DNA from: an uncultured Acidobacteriota bacterium
Lineage (GTDB): Bacteria > Acidobacteriota > Vicinamibacteria > Fen-336
DNA: 53,021 nt
Assembly: GCA_964628275.1 (NCBI GenBank)
Contig: CAZVOI010000174.1
Span: 1-53,021 of the forward strand
Direction of reading: 5' to 3'
Shown: positions 8,609 through 22,598 of the stretch, piece by piece
Position numbering within the stretch: the stretch's first letter is position 1
Layout: every line of letters begins with the position of its first letter
The notes under the pieces: model-generated
What the model was told of the DNA's origin: nothing
Databases searched by the model: none
Seen by the model: only the letters and a program-made list of their open reading frames with translations
Made by a program: the position numbers and the translations under genes

Positions 8609-8634
8609 CGTAGAAGCTCGCCTGCCAATATGAT
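8605..8634 (+). promoter_or_regulatory. Sigma70-like promoter upstream of kdsB (TTGACG-N18-TATGAT)
   Basis: TTGACG at 8605-8610 overlaps the methyltransferase stop. TATGAT at 8629-8634. kdsB TTG start at 8664. The AT-rich hexamers stand out in GC-rich DNA. Confidence 0.4.
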
Positions 8635-8663
8635 GTCTCGTACACGAGGGCCGCAAAAACAAC

Positions 8664-11948
<3,285 letters not shown>

Positions 11949-11962
<14 letters not shown>

Positions 11963-13499
11963 CTCGAGCCCGACACCGACCCTCGGGCGACGCCGCACTG
12001 TGGTGCTCGTCTGGCTCGTGGTTTCGCTCGTGACCTCGTTCCCTTACGCGCTCGCGCACTACCTGCCCCCCGCGGGTCGGGCGTTCCAGGGCTTCTTCTT
12101 CTTCACCGACGATCAGCACCTCTACCTCTCGAACTCGCAGCAAGCCGAGGATGGCGCGTTCCTGTTCAGAAACAAGCTCGTCTCCGAGCCGCACGATCCA
12201 GCGCTGGTCAATCTCGAGTGGTGGCTGGTCGGTGTGCTCTCGCGAGGCCTCGGGCGACGGCCGTTCCTCGCCTACCGTCTCGTCGGCATGCTGGCCTCGC
12301 TCGGGCTCTTCTTCATGCTGGCGCGCTGGCTACGCCGCGGCGGCCTGCCGGATAGACAGTTGCTGCCCACGCTGCTGCTGCTGGCGACGGGAGGCGGTTT
12401 CGGCGGCCTGCTGTACACGGCTGGCTCGCTTCCCGTCGCCAGATGCCTCGACTTGAGCACCGGCCTGTTCCCGTCCGTGGGGCTCCTCGGCAACCCGCAC
12501 TTCACCGTCGCCACCACGCTGTTCCTCGGGAGCCTGCTGGCGCTGTCCGACAGATCGCTCGGGAGCCAGGCCGCAGGCGTCCTGCTCGGCTCGGCCCTGG
12601 CCCTAACCCGCCCATATGACTTCGTGCTCCTCGTCGGCCTGCGGAGCGCCTTCGTCGCACTGCGCCACCCGATCCGCGAGTGGCCGGCTCGGCTGATCAG
12701 CCTGGCCGGCTTCCTGCCGGCGGTCTCGCTGAACTACTGGCTCTTCTATCGCAACTCCGCATTCGCTTTCTTCGCCAAGACTCCCTACGAGTTCCCGTCG
12801 ACCCTCGACTTCGTGCTTGCGCTGCTGCCCGCGGCGCTCGCGGCGGCGAGCCTGCTGCGCGCGCCGAGCCCGGACGATTCTGCTTCGGAAGTGCGGCTGC
12901 TGCTCCTGCTGTGGATACTCTTCGGCGTTTTCGTCATCGCCTTTCACCCGGTCCACTTCTCGCTCCAGTTCCTGATGGGAATCGGCGTTCCGCTCCTGGT
13001 CTGCGCCGCGTTGGGGCTTTCCCGGATCGCGCCACGCGGCCTCTGGGTCGCCGTAGCCGGCCTCGGAACGACGCCGTTCGTGGCCCTGCACCTGCTGCTG
13101 CAGCCGCGGCCAGCCTGGTACCCGCCTCGCGAGCGAGTCGAGGTGGCCTACGCCCTCAGGTCGGTCTGCCGGAATGGGGACGTGGCACTCGCGCCGCAGG
13201 ACATCGGCCTGCTGATCGGCACTCTCAGCCGCTGCAAGGCGTATTTGGCGCACGAGCTTCAGCCGGCGTTTCCCGAGCGGATTGCGGAGCTGCGGCGGTT
13301 CTACGCGCCGGGGGATCCGAGAGAGCGCGCCGATCTTCTCGACCGCCACTGCATTCGAGTGCTGATCCTGCCCGGAGACGACGACGAGCGGGCTTCGCAC
13401 TGGCTCCCGGAAGGCACGCCGTTTCGCCGGACGCTCAGCGTCGGCGCCGCTGCGCAGGCGATCAGCGTGTACTCGAGGCCGTCAGCCTGCGAACCATGA
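11949..13499 (+). CDS. Polytopic membrane protein, possible GT-C-fold glycosyltransferase
   Basis: Ten or more hydrophobic helices. Acidic motif FTDDQHLY sits directly after the first helix, the position of the catalytic acidic motif in ArnT/PMT-type GT-C enzymes. No specific family recognised. Start is either TTG 11949 or a GTG near 12000. Confidence 0.6.
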
Positions 13500-13527
13500 T
13501 TTCGGGGAGCTGAGCTAGGCTCTTCGC

Positions 13528-14487
13528 ATGTCGCAGCAGGTCGCGAGGAGGGTCTTCGAGATCGAGTCGCAGGCGATCCTCGACCTCCGCGACCGCCTGG
13601 ATGCCTCCTTCGATCGCGCCGTCGACGCGCTGTGCGCGTGCGCCGGCCGCGTCGTCGTCACCGGCATGGGCAAGAGTGGCCTGATCGGCCAGAAGATCTC
13701 CGCGACGTTCGCCTCCACTGGAACGCCCTCACTGTACCTGCACCCTGTCGAGGCCATCCACGGCGATCTCGGCCGGATCGTGATGGGTGACCTGGTGCTG
13801 GCTATCTCGTACAGCGGCGAAAGCGAGGAGCTGTTGGCGTTGCTGCCCAGCATCAAGCGCTTGTCCGCGCCGCTGATTTCGCTGACCGGCAGCCCGCGCT
13901 CGACGCTGGCCGCGGCCTCGGAAGTCCACCTCGACGTGTCGATTCGCAGCGAAGCGTGCCCAATGGGCCTGGCCCCAACTGCTTCGACGACGGCTGCGCT
14001 GGCGATGGGTGATGCGCTCGGAATGGCGCTCGTGGAACGCCGTGGTTTCACGATCGAGGATTTCGCGGTTCTGCATCCCGGAGGCCGGATTGGCAAGAAG
14101 CTGGTTCGGATCGAGGACCTGATGCATGGCGGCGCCCAGTTGCCGCGCGTGCGGCCCGAGGCGCGGCTGCGTGAGGTCCTCTTCGAGATGACCCAGAAGC
14201 GCCTGGGCATGACCACCGTCTGCGACCCGGACGGCCGGCTGCTCGGCGTGATCTCAGACGGCGATCTGCGGCGCCAGATGGAGCGGCACGGCCCTTCCGT
14301 GCTCGAGCTGCTGGCGGGGCAATGCATGACGGCCTCGCCGGCCACCATCGGCGGACGCGAGATGGCGACGCGCGCTCTCGACGTAATGGAGTCGCGCCGG
14401 ATCACCTCGCTGGTGGTGGTCGACCTGGACGCCCGCGCCGTGGGAGTCGTTCATCTGCACGACCTGTGGAAGACCGAGATGATATGA
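13528..14487 (+). CDS. kdsD: Arabinose-5-phosphate isomerase (SIS + 2 CBS domains)
   Basis: VVVTGMGKSGLIGQKISATFASTG SIS motif, with a C-terminal CBS pair. Confidence 0.9.
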   Translation: MSQQVARRVFEIESQAILDLRDRLDASFDRAVDALCACAGRVVVTGMGKSGLIGQKISATFASTGTPSLYLHPVEAIHGDLGRIVMGDLVLAISYSGESEELLALLPSIKRLSAPLISLTGSPRSTLAAASEVHLDVSIRSEACPMGLAPTASTTAALAMGDALGMALVERRGFTIEDFAVLHPGGRIGKKLVRIEDLMHGGAQLPRVRPEARLREVLFEMTQKRLGMTTVCDPDGRLLGVISDGDLRRQMERHGPSVLELLAGQCMTASPATIGGREMATRALDVMESRRITSLVVVDLDARAVGVVHLHDLWKTEMI

Positions 14488-14497
14488 GGCGCTCGGA

Positions 14498-15037
14498 TTG
14501 ACGAGCGATGGCTTGGCCGCGCGCTGCCAAGCGTTGCGCCTGGTGCTGAGCGACGTCGACGGCGTCCTCACCGACGGCACGCTGACGTTCTTGCCCGATG
14601 GCTCGGAAGCCAAGTCCTTTCACATCAGGGACGGCCTTGGCATCGTGCTCGCGCATCGCGCGGGGCTGCGCACCGGCCTGGTTTCGGGTCGATCCTCGGA
14701 AGTCGTCGGGCGCCGAGCTCAGGAGCTCGGGATGTCCTTCGTGAAACAGGGCTTCGGCGACAAGCGCGAGGCGCTCCGCCAGATCCTGACCAGCGCCCAG
14801 CTCCAACCCCACGAGGTGGCCTACATCGGCGACGACCTCAACGACCTGCCGGTGTTCCGCGAGGTGGGGCTCTCGGCGGCGCCAGCCGATGCGGCCTACG
14901 AGGTCCGCGGCGAAGCCTTCATGGTCACCGAGGCTCGCGGCGGGCACGGCTGCCTGCGCGAGTTCATCGAGGCGATCTTGCGCGCGCGGGGCGATTGGGA
15001 CCGGGCGCTCGCGGGTCTCGGCCTCGGCCCTTCCTGA
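14498..15037 (+). CDS. kdsC: Kdo-8-phosphate phosphatase (HAD family)
   Basis: LVLSDVDGVLTDG ... IGDDLNDLP ... HGCLREF, typical KdsC. Confidence 0.85.
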   Translation: MTSDGLAARCQALRLVLSDVDGVLTDGTLTFLPDGSEAKSFHIRDGLGIVLAHRAGLRTGLVSGRSSEVVGRRAQELGMSFVKQGFGDKREALRQILTSAQLQPHEVAYIGDDLNDLPVFREVGLSAAPADAAYEVRGEAFMVTEARGGHGCLREFIEAILRARGDWDRALAGLGLGPS

Positions 15038-15044
15038 GGTTGCA

Positions 15045-16229
15045 GTGAGCGAGACGGCGCTGCTGGCCGTCGTTCTGGCTGCGGTGGCGGGCCTGCTGGC
15101 GGGACGCGCCTGGGCCGCGGCGGCGCGACGCGGCTCGCGCAAGGACCAGCCGGCGTTCCGGACATCGCCCCACTACACCCAGGGTCTCCATTTCCTGGTC
15201 GCCGGCCAGAGCGAGCTCGCGATCAGCGAGCTCACCAAGGTCAGCCGCGAAGATCCATCGGCGCTCGAGGTGCTGCTCGTGCTCGGGAATCTGCTGCGAG
15301 AGAAGGGGCAGGTCGGCCGCGCGATCCAGGTCCACACCAGCCTACTGGGTAGGGCCGATCTGGCGCGCGGCGAGCGCATCCAGGTCCAGGCCTGCCTCGG
15401 AATGGACTTTCGCAAGGCCGGGTTTCTCGATCGCGCCACGGAAGCCTTCTCGCAAGTGCTGCAGGCCGACCCCAAGAACCTCCACGCCCTGGCCGGAATG
15501 CTGAAGCTGTGCGAGGAACAGCGCCAGTGGCGCGAGGCGTACGAGCTGCAGACGCGCTTGTCGCGCCTCCGAAACACGGATGACAGCCTGGTGCTCGGCT
15601 TCCTGCAAGCCAAGCTGGGCGACGAGGCCGCACAACTCGGCCAGACCGAGACCGCCGAACGTTCTTACCGCATGGCGCTGTCACTCGACTCGCGCGTATT
15701 CCCCGCACACCTGGGGCTCGTCGAGCTCTGCGGGTCACGCGACCCGGTGAGGGCGGCTTCGCTCCTCGAGGCAGCCATCCGCGCCGTGCCCGACCGCGCC
15801 TATCTCGCGTTCGATCGGCTGGCGGCGGCCTACGCGGCAGCCGGCACGCCATCCCGCTTCATCGCGCTATGCGAGCAGACGATCGCCCGCGATTCCCGCG
15901 ACTGGCGCGCGCGTTTGGCGCTCGCCCGCCAGCTGCGTGTGGAGAGCCGCCACGACGAGGCTTTCGGCTTGCTGGTTCGTGCCGTGGAGATCAACTCGCA
16001 GGTCCTGGTGCTCCATCTCGAGATTTGGCGCACGCTCAGCGACCTCGGCGCCGCCAGCCCCAACGTGGATCGCTACCTGAAGGCCGCCGAGGAATCGACT
16101 TTCTATCGCGACCCGCACATCTGCACGTCGTGCCGTTATCGCGCCGACGACATGCTCTGGAGGTGCCCCCACTGCCACGAATGGAGCACCTTCGTCGAGG
16201 AGCGTCTGGCCGCGGCCGAAATCCGTTGA
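15045..16229 (+). CDS. lapB: LPS assembly protein LapB/YciM (TM helix + TPR + rubredoxin-like zinc site)
   Basis: GTG 15045 (VSETALLAVVLAAVAGLLAG), TPR repeats, C-terminal CTSCRYRADDMLWRCPHCHEW. The track ORF start at 14889 overlaps kdsC. Confidence 0.8.
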   Translation: MSETALLAVVLAAVAGLLAGRAWAAAARRGSRKDQPAFRTSPHYTQGLHFLVAGQSELAISELTKVSREDPSALEVLLVLGNLLREKGQVGRAIQVHTSLLGRADLARGERIQVQACLGMDFRKAGFLDRATEAFSQVLQADPKNLHALAGMLKLCEEQRQWREAYELQTRLSRLRNTDDSLVLGFLQAKLGDEAAQLGQTETAERSYRMALSLDSRVFPAHLGLVELCGSRDPVRAASLLEAAIRAVPDRAYLAFDRLAAAYAAAGTPSRFIALCEQTIARDSRDWRARLALARQLRVESRHDEAFGLLVRAVEINSQVLVLHLEIWRTLSDLGAASPNVDRYLKAAEESTFYRDPHICTSCRYRADDMLWRCPHCHEWSTFVEERLAAAEIR

Positions 16230-16254
16230 AGCGGCGGCTACCACCTCAGGGTCC

Positions 16255-17472
16255 TCATCGCGGCATTGTCAGAAAGCGCTCGTAGAGACGGCCAAGCGCC
16301 GTCGGCCGCTCCAGCCACGGCGCCCCTGCGCCGAGATCGCGCAGCATCGCGCCAGCGACGTTCGGTGTCGGTCCCGAGCTCACCGACCCCTCGATCGCGT
16401 CACGCCACCCGGCCACACTGGCCGCCCGCGGCGCGACCCCCGTCCAATGCTCGGCGAGCCGGATCCACTCGCGCCAGGCGCCTCCCTGGATTGGCGTCTC
16501 GCCGCGAATCGAACGCGCCGCCGCCAGACCAAAGACGCACGCGTCCGCCCAGTCGGAACTGTCGCCGCACAGGGCTCGTCCCATGGAAGCCATGACCGAA
16601 GCCAGCACGCCGTCATCGTCGCTGGCAGGTCGCTGGAGTAGATGGATCATGACCGGCACCGCCGCCTCGAGTGGCGCACGTCCGGCGCCAGCTTGCGGCT
16701 GGTACCAGGGCTCACCCGAATGACCGAAGACCCGGGCGATTCGCCGCAGGTCCAGGGCGCCCGCTCGCGTCACATCCTCGATGAAGCGCGTGGCGAACGC
16801 GTCCTCGGATCGCGCCGCGATCGCGAGGCCCTGGATGAGTCGCTCGCGGCTCGGGAGCGAACGCCCCGGCAGCCGCGCGAGCGCCAGCAGCTCGTGAGCC
16901 AGCGCCGTCGCCCGCTGTTCGGTGTCTTCGATCGAAGCCGACGTGTCCACGAGCGAATGCGCAAACCGGACCTTCAGCTCGGCAGGCATCTGGGCGCCGA
17001 GCCGCGCCGCGGCGTCGCGGGGCGACACGCCCGCCCGCCGTTCCAGCCGCTGGCGCTGCTGCTCGGGTGAGCAGTGGGCCACGATCAGCCGGTCGAAGCG
17101 CAGATGCAGGCCGGTCTCGACCAGCAGCGCCGCCTCGCTGACCACGACCTCGGCGCCCGCCGCCTGAAGGGACGCCACGCGGCGCGCTTCCGCGCGCGCC
17201 ACGATCGGGTGCACGATCGCGTTCAAGCGCTCGAGCTCGGATCGCTCTCGAAAGACGCGGGCGCCGAGAAGCTTGCGATCGATGGTGCCGTCGGAGCCGA
17301 CCACTCCCGGACCGAACGCGGCGACGACGACGGCATGCGCGGGGCCGCCCGGCGCCATGACCTCGTGCGCGACGCGGTCCAGGTCCAGGACGGCACAGCC
17401 GCTCCGGGCCAGCTGGCCGGCGACCACCGACTTGCCCGAGGCGATTCCACCGGTGAGGCCAACGTAGAGCAG
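16255..17472 (-). CDS. coaE: Dephospho-CoA kinase fused to a roughly 200-aa C-terminal domain of unknown function
   Basis: Track ORF starts at GTG 17427. The Walker A motif GLTGGIASGKS is encoded in-frame upstream at 17428-17460, so the real start must be a non-canonical codon (CTG 17472 or ATC 17481). The CoaE-like part ends near ...ATALAHELLALARL. The remainder matches nothing I recognise. Confidence 0.75.
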   Translation of the reverse strand: MLYVGLTGGIASGKSVVAGQLARSGCAVLDLDRVAHEVMAPGGPAHAVVVAAFGPGVVGSDGTIDRKLLGARVFRERSELERLNAIVHPIVARAEARRVASLQAAGAEVVVSEAALLVETGLHLRFDRLIVAHCSPEQQRQRLERRAGVSPRDAAARLGAQMPAELKVRFAHSLVDTSASIEDTEQRATALAHELLALARLPGRSLPSRERLIQGLAIAARSEDAFATRFIEDVTRAGALDLRRIARVFGHSGEPWYQPQAGAGRAPLEAAVPVMIHLLQRPASDDDGVLASVMASMGRALCGDSSDWADACVFGLAAARSIRGETPIQGGAWREWIRLAEHWTGVAPRAASVAGWRDAIEGSVSSGPTPNVAGAMLRDLGAGAPWLERPTALGRLYERFLTMPR

Positions 17473-17485
17473 CGGACTGATCCCG

Positions 17486-18400
17486 CTATCCGTCGGCGCG
17501 GCGGCCGGCGGCGAGAAGCGTGTTCTTCATCAGCATCGCGATGGTGAGCGGACCGACCCCGCCCGGCACAGGGGTGAGCGCCGACGCGACGTCGCGCACT
17601 GAGGGCTCGTGGACGTCGCCGACCAGCGCGAAGCCGCGTTCTGGAAAGCGCTCGAAGCGTGACGGCGTCAGCAGCTCTCGAGCCAGGACGGCATCCGTGA
17701 TGCGATTCATGCCCACGTCGATGACGACGGCGCCAGGCTTGACGTGCTGCGCGCGCAGCAGCGCCGGCCGGCCGATCGCGACGATCAGCAAGTCGGCCTC
17801 GCGTGTCAGCGCTCCGAGGTCGGCGCTCTTGGAGTGGCACACGGTGACCGTGGCGTCCGCGTGCAGCAGCAGCATCGCCATCGGCTTGCCCACGATGTCG
17901 CTGCGCCCGACCACCACCGCGCGCCGGCCCGCGACCGGCACCAGCGAGCGTTTCAGGAGCTCCATGATCCCGGCAGGCGTGCAGGGCAGAAAACGCGGTC
18001 GTTTCTGGATCAGCAGGCCGACGTTCGTCGGATGAAAGCCGTCGACGTCCTTTTCGGGGAGCACCAGGTCGAGCGCGCTCTGTGTATCGACCTGCGTCGG
18101 CAGCGGCGTCTGCACCAGGATCCCGTCGATGTCGGATCGCGCGTTGAACACCGCGATCCGCGCCAGGACCTCTTCGGTGGTCGAGTTCGCGGGCAGGTAG
18201 GCCGTTTCGTGAGCGATCCCGAGATCGTCGCACGCCTTGCTCTTGTTGCGCACGTAGACGGCCGAGCCCGGATCATCCCCGACGAGCACCACGCCGAGTC
18301 CGGGCCGCAGACCGCGCTGGGCTAGATCGGCGACCACCAGCTTCAGCTCGGCACGAATCTCAGCGGCCAGGGCCGAGCCGTCGAGGATCCGGGCCGTCAT
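17486..18400 (-). CDS. folD: Bifunctional methylene-THF dehydrogenase / methenyl-THF cyclohydrolase
   Basis: ATG 18400 (MTARILDGSALAAEIRAEL...GVVLVGDDPGSAVYVRNKSKAC...VVVGRSDIVGKPMAMLL). Confidence 0.95.
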   Translation of the reverse strand: MTARILDGSALAAEIRAELKLVVADLAQRGLRPGLGVVLVGDDPGSAVYVRNKSKACDDLGIAHETAYLPANSTTEEVLARIAVFNARSDIDGILVQTPLPTQVDTQSALDLVLPEKDVDGFHPTNVGLLIQKRPRFLPCTPAGIMELLKRSLVPVAGRRAVVVGRSDIVGKPMAMLLLHADATVTVCHSKSADLGALTREADLLIVAIGRPALLRAQHVKPGAVVIDVGMNRITDAVLARELLTPSRFERFPERGFALVGDVHEPSVRDVASALTPVPGGVGPLTIAMLMKNTLLAAGRRADG

Positions 18401-18410
18401 CGGGCGCGGA

Positions 18411-20738
18411 TCATACAACGGGGTCCCGCGGAGGCGCGGCGCGCGCGGCTCCGGGCAGGAACAGCAGGGCACCCCACACGAGCGACGCCAGGCCGCTGAT
18501 CCAAAGACCGGTGCGGAGGCCCGGCGGTTGATAGACGAACTCGACGACGTGCCGGCCCTCCGGAATCGAAACGGCTCTCTGCCTCCCGTTGGCGCGCAGC
18601 ACGGCTACGGGCCGGTCGTCGACCTTGGCTGTCCAACCACGAGCCCAGGAATCGCGCGAGACGAACACTCCGGCGCCGTCGGCGTCCACTCGAAAGCGGT
18701 CATGACCGGGCCACGCTTGCGTACGCAGCGCCGCGCCTCGTTGGCACGTGGGTTGGAGCGGCGCTTCGAGAGCCACCTCGGCGGCCCCGTCGAAATCCGG
18801 GGTCCAGGCATGTAAGAGCGCGGCTTGGGCGTCCTGCGCCGCGAAGACACGACAGGCGACCGACCAGCGGGGCCAGGCCTTCTCGAGCTCGTAGACCTTG
18901 AGCTTGATGTCGCCCACCCCCGACGCCGGCTCTTCGATTCGGCGCAATCCCACGGCCTCGAGCGTGTCGATGCTGACGATCCTCTGGACCGCGGCGCTAC
19001 GAAGCTGCGGAAGGATGCCCGCGACGCTCGCGGGGTCGTAGCCTTGCTTCGGGAGCTCGGCTGGCCAGACTCCAAAGGACGTCACGTCCGGGCTCCATGC
19101 GGTCTCGACGCGGTCCAGGATGTTGGTGAGGTGTCCGAGCGCACGCCGATGCAGGAGAAAGGTCAGCAGCGCGCGCTGCGCCGAAGACTCGAGACCGCGC
19201 CGAAGCTCGGGGCTGTTCTGGGCGGCGAACGAGAACACCCGACCCCCTTCCGGCAGCCTGACCGCGCTTTCGATCTCCACCGGGAGCTCGAAGAGCGAAG
19301 GCTGCACCTGAGGGTTGAGGCCGGCGCCAGCACGCGCCAGGTCCAGAACGACCACGACCGCCAGCAAGGCTTGCGCGCGTGCCAGCGGCAGGCGTCCGTG
19401 ACGTCCCGCAAGCGCCACGACCCACACCAGCGCCGCGACGAGCGCGCTCTTCCCGATCTCGCCTGCAATCAGCCGCGCGAACTGAGCTGGGTCGGCTGGG
19501 AGCGTTTCGAAGAACAGCAGGCTGAGCCAGCGGTCCTTCCACAACGCGAGACCGCACAGCCCCAAGAGAACCGAGGCCCCGACGCCCGCGGTCACGCCGA
19601 GGGCGCGCGCCTTCCCCGTCCGCATCGCATCGGCTCCCGAGCCGGCGAGCAGGGCGATCGCAAGGTGAGCGCCCAGGAGCGCTTTGCTGGGAAAGCGGAA
19701 CGCGCCGAACCCGGGAAGCTGCGCCACGAGAGGCGCCAGACCTCCACGGTCGCCGAGCGAATACAGGAGCGCGACGGCGCCCACCAGCAGCACCAGGCGC
19801 AGCGCGACACGGCCTCGCGTGCTGCCCGCGCCGACCGCCGCGAGCGCCAAGACCGCCGGCCCGACGTAGAGACTCAGGAAATAGGGGAAGCCCTTGGTGA
19901 AGAAGCGGCCACCCCAGAACACTTCCCCGGGCGGCTGGTCGAGCGGCCCAAAGATACCGGGGACGACGGCCTGTGCCAGCGCGAACGGATGCACCTCATT
20001 TGCAAGAGCGACGTCGGCTTCGAAGCCCAGGCCCCGTTGCGTCTCGGGCAACAAGCCCAGCACCACCCCGATCGGAGCCGCCGCCAGCGCCATCCCCAGA
20101 CCCGTGGCCAGGACCAGGCGTCCCACGGCTCGGGCGTCGCGGCGCCGCTCGAGCCCCAGGAGCCACGCCACGACCAGGCCCTGCGCCACGAACTCCACGG
20201 CGAGCGTAGTCAGCGAGGCTGCGAGCACGAACGCCGCCCAGGCGATGCTCCGCCCGCCTCGGCCGACGGCTCTTCGGAACAGGACCGCCACGATCGGAGC
20301 CAGCGCCAGCGCCTGGAGAAACACGAAGAGATTCAACGACGAGAGCGCAAGCCCGCCCAAGGCGTAGACGACGCCCGCCACGAAGGCTCCCGGGCGCTCT
20401 TGGCCAATGTCTCGCGCCAGCGCGTAGGCGCCCAGCGCGGCCAGCGGGAGATGCAGCGTCAATAGCCAGGACGAGAACTCGGGCGCCGGCCAGAGCGCGA
20501 GCAGCAAGTCGACCGGATAGAAGCTCGGGATCACGAACGTGCCCTCGTGGAGGTACGGATTCCAGAAGGGCCAGCGGCCCTCGCGGAGCTCTCGCGCCAC
20601 GAACAGCCGCAAGGGATAGAACGTCACCGTGAAATCGCGGAAGTAGTAGGCGAGCCTGGGGAGCGCCGCCCCCGGGTCGGGTAACAACACGACCAGCGGC
20701 AACAGCCAGGGGAGCGCCCGCTGAGCGCGTTCGGACAC
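18411..20738 (-). CDS. Large polytopic membrane protein, YfhO-like (GT-C-type) family candidate
   Basis: GTG 20738, 5 nt after the accC stop ([19 protein letters not shown]). [16 protein letters not shown]...[14 protein letters not shown]-terminal pattern, many helices, and a roughly 250-aa C-terminal extracytoplasmic domain with a final helix. The track ORF 18411..21422 N-terminus is out-of-frame overlap with accC. Confidence 0.6.
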   Translation of the reverse strand: MSERAQRALPWLLPLVVLLPDPGAALPRLAYYFRDFTVTFYPLRLFVARELREGRWPFWNPYLHEGTFVIPSFYPVDLLLALWPAPEFSSWLLTLHLPLAALGAYALARDIGQERPGAFVAGVVYALGGLALSSLNLFVFLQALALAPIVAVLFRRAVGRGGRSIAWAAFVLAASLTTLAVEFVAQGLVVAWLLGLERRRDARAVGRLVLATGLGMALAAAPIGVVLGLLPETQRGLGFEADVALANEVHPFALAQAVVPGIFGPLDQPPGEVFWGGRFFTKGFPYFLSLYVGPAVLALAAVGAGSTRGRVALRLVLLVGAVALLYSLGDRGGLAPLVAQLPGFGAFRFPSKALLGAHLAIALLAGSGADAMRTGKARALGVTAGVGASVLLGLCGLALWKDRWLSLLFFETLPADPAQFARLIAGEIGKSALVAALVWVVALAGRHGRLPLARAQALLAVVVVLDLARAGAGLNPQVQPSLFELPVEIESAVRLPEGGRVFSFAAQNSPELRRGLESSAQRALLTFLLHRRALGHLTNILDRVETAWSPDVTSFGVWPAELPKQGYDPASVAGILPQLRSAAVQRIVSIDTLEAVGLRRIEEPASGVGDIKLKVYELEKAWPRWSVACRVFAAQDAQAALLHAWTPDFDGAAEVALEAPLQPTCQRGAALRTQAWPGHDRFRVDADGAGVFVSRDSWARGWTAKVDDRPVAVLRANGRQRAVSIPEGRHVVEFVYQPPGLRTGLWISGLASLVWGALLFLPGAARAAPPRDPVV

Positions 20739-20743
20739 GCCGC

Positions 20744-22105
20744 TCAGCAGGCTGCGGCGGGCTGCTGCTTGGGCTGAAATCGCGCCATGAACCCGGTGTC
20801 GAGGCGCCCGGCCTGGAAATCGGCGTCGTCCATGATCGCGCGGTGCAGCGGGATCGTCGTCTTGATGCCCTCGACGATCGTGCTCTCGAGGCAGCGGCGC
20901 ATGCGCGAGATGGCCTCGGCGCGGTCGCGGCCATGCACCATCAGCTTGGCGATCAGGCTGTCGTAGTAGGGCGAGATCGTGCAGCCGTCGTGGGCGAAGG
21001 TGTCGACGCGCACGCCCGGTCCGCCCGGAACGTGAAAATACCGGATCGTGCCGGGCGACGGCGTGAACGTCACCGGGTCTTCGGCGTTGATCCGGCACTC
21101 GATCGCGTGCCCGCGCATCACGACGTCTTTCTGCGAGAAGGACAGTCGCTCGCCGGCGGCCACCAGGACCTGCTCTTTGACGAGATCGAAACCCGTGACC
21201 AGCTCGGTGACGCCGTGCTCGACCTGGATGCGGGTATTCATTTCCATGAAGTAGTAGTTGCCGTCCTTGTCCAACAGGAACTCGATCGTGCCGGCGTTCA
21301 CGTATTGGACTGCGGCGGCCGCGTCGGCGGCGGTGCGGCCCATGCGCCGCCGCAACCGCTCGCTGAGCGCTGAAGACGGCGCCTCCTCGATCAACTTCTG
21401 ATGGCGCCGCTGGATCGAGCACTCCCGCTCGCCCAGATGGACCACCGTGCCCGTGCGATCGGCCATCACCTGGATCTCGATGTGGCGCGGGGCTTCGAGG
21501 TACTTCTCCATGTAGACATCGGGGACGCCGAACGCGGCCGCCGCCTCGGCTTGGGCGGCCCGAAGCTGGGCGCCGATCTCGGCCGACTCACGTACGATCC
21601 GCATGCCTCGTCCGCCGCCGCCGGCCGAGGCCTTCAGGATGACTGGGAAGCCGATGTCCTTGGCCGTTCGGATCGCCTTGTCTTCGTCCTCGAGAATCCC
21701 GGGCGAACCCGGCAAGATCGGCACGCCCGCTTTGAGCATCGCCTTCTTGGCGCGGCTCTTGTCCCCCATCAGGCGGATGGCCTGGGGACTCGGACCGATG
21801 AATGTGATCTGGCAGGCCTCGCAGATCTCGGCCATGTAGCCCGACTCGGACAGGAAGCCGTAGCCCGGGTGGACTGCGTCAGCTCCGGTGATCTCGGCGG
21901 CGCTGATGATCGCGGGGATGTTCAAGTAGGAGTCAATGCTGCGCGGCGGCCCGATGCAAACCGCCTGGTCGGCGAACCGAACGTGGAGACTATCGCGGTC
22001 GCTCTCGGAATAGACCGCCACTGTCTTGATGCCCAGCTCGCGGCAGGCCCACATCACGCGGAGGGCGATCTCGCCACGGTTTGCGATCAAGACCTTCTTG
22101 AACAA
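20744..22105 (-). CDS. accC: Acetyl-CoA carboxylase biotin carboxylase subunit
   Basis: [17 protein letters not shown]..., ATP-grasp motifs, full length. Confidence 0.97.
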   Translation of the reverse strand: MFKKVLIANRGEIALRVMWACRELGIKTVAVYSESDRDSLHVRFADQAVCIGPPRSIDSYLNIPAIISAAEITGADAVHPGYGFLSESGYMAEICEACQITFIGPSPQAIRLMGDKSRAKKAMLKAGVPILPGSPGILEDEDKAIRTAKDIGFPVILKASAGGGGRGMRIVRESAEIGAQLRAAQAEAAAAFGVPDVYMEKYLEAPRHIEIQVMADRTGTVVHLGERECSIQRRHQKLIEEAPSSALSERLRRRMGRTAADAAAAVQYVNAGTIEFLLDKDGNYYFMEMNTRIQVEHGVTELVTGFDLVKEQVLVAAGERLSFSQKDVVMRGHAIECRINAEDPVTFTPSPGTIRYFHVPGGPGVRVDTFAHDGCTISPYYDSLIAKLMVHGRDRAEAISRMRRCLESTIVEGIKTTIPLHRAIMDDADFQAGRLDTGFMARFQPKQQPAAAC

Positions 22106-22109
22106 CGGC

Positions 22110-22589
22110 TTAGCGGCTGGGCCGGATCGAGAAGAGCGCCTCGCCGTACTGAACCGGCTGCCCGCTCTCCGGGTATACCTCGACGATCTCGCCGGCCTGC
22201 TCGGACTCGATCTCGTTCATCAGCTTCATGGCTTCGATGATGCAGAGCTTCTGGCCGACCTTGACCGTGTCGCCGACACTGACGAAAGGCGCGGCGCTCG
22301 GGTCGGGCGAGCGGTAGAAAGTGCCCACGATCGGGCTCTTGACGATCGCCAGTCCGGCCTCGACCGGCTTACTGGCGACGGGATAGGGGCCCGACGGGTC
22401 GGCGGGCGACTCGGGTGCGGCCTGCGCGACGGGCATCGCGATGGCCGGTGTGCCGGCCGCGAAGGCGACAGCGGCGGCCGGCCCGGCCTTCTTGATACGG
22501 AGCTTGATTCCGGCTTCCTCGATCTCGAATTCGGTGATCTGCTTCTCCTCGAGGACTTGGAGAAGCTGCTTCAGTTCTTTTAGATCCAC
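22110..22589 (-). CDS. accB: Biotin carboxyl carrier protein
   Basis: GTG 22589 ([25 protein letters not shown] aligns with canonical BCCP N-termini). Biotinylation motif [10 protein letters not shown]. The upstream part of track ORF 22110..22745 overlaps the neighbouring gene. Confidence 0.9.
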   Translation of the reverse strand: MDLKELKQLLQVLEEKQITEFEIEEAGIKLRIKKAGPAAAVAFAAGTPAIAMPVAQAAPESPADPSGPYPVASKPVEAGLAIVKSPIVGTFYRSPDPSAAPFVSVGDTVKVGQKLCIIEAMKLMNEIESEQAGEIVEVYPESGQPVQYGEALFSIRPSR

Positions 22590-22598
22590 GGAAGACTG

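Noticed and set aside
13515-14405. 296-aa minus-strand ORF antisense to kdsD, and similar antisense ORFs over pilM, pilQ and the acyl-CoA dehydrogenase
   Set aside because: Ser/Arg/Ala-rich with no motifs. The sense-strand genes are unambiguous.
20739-21422. N-terminal extension of track ORF 18411..21422 (1003 aa) and similar extensions (855..2237, 23890..25353, 22110..22745, 14889..15044)
   Set aside because: The extensions overlap well-supported upstream genes out of frame and are low-complexity. In-frame starts immediately after the upstream stop codons give sensible N-termini.
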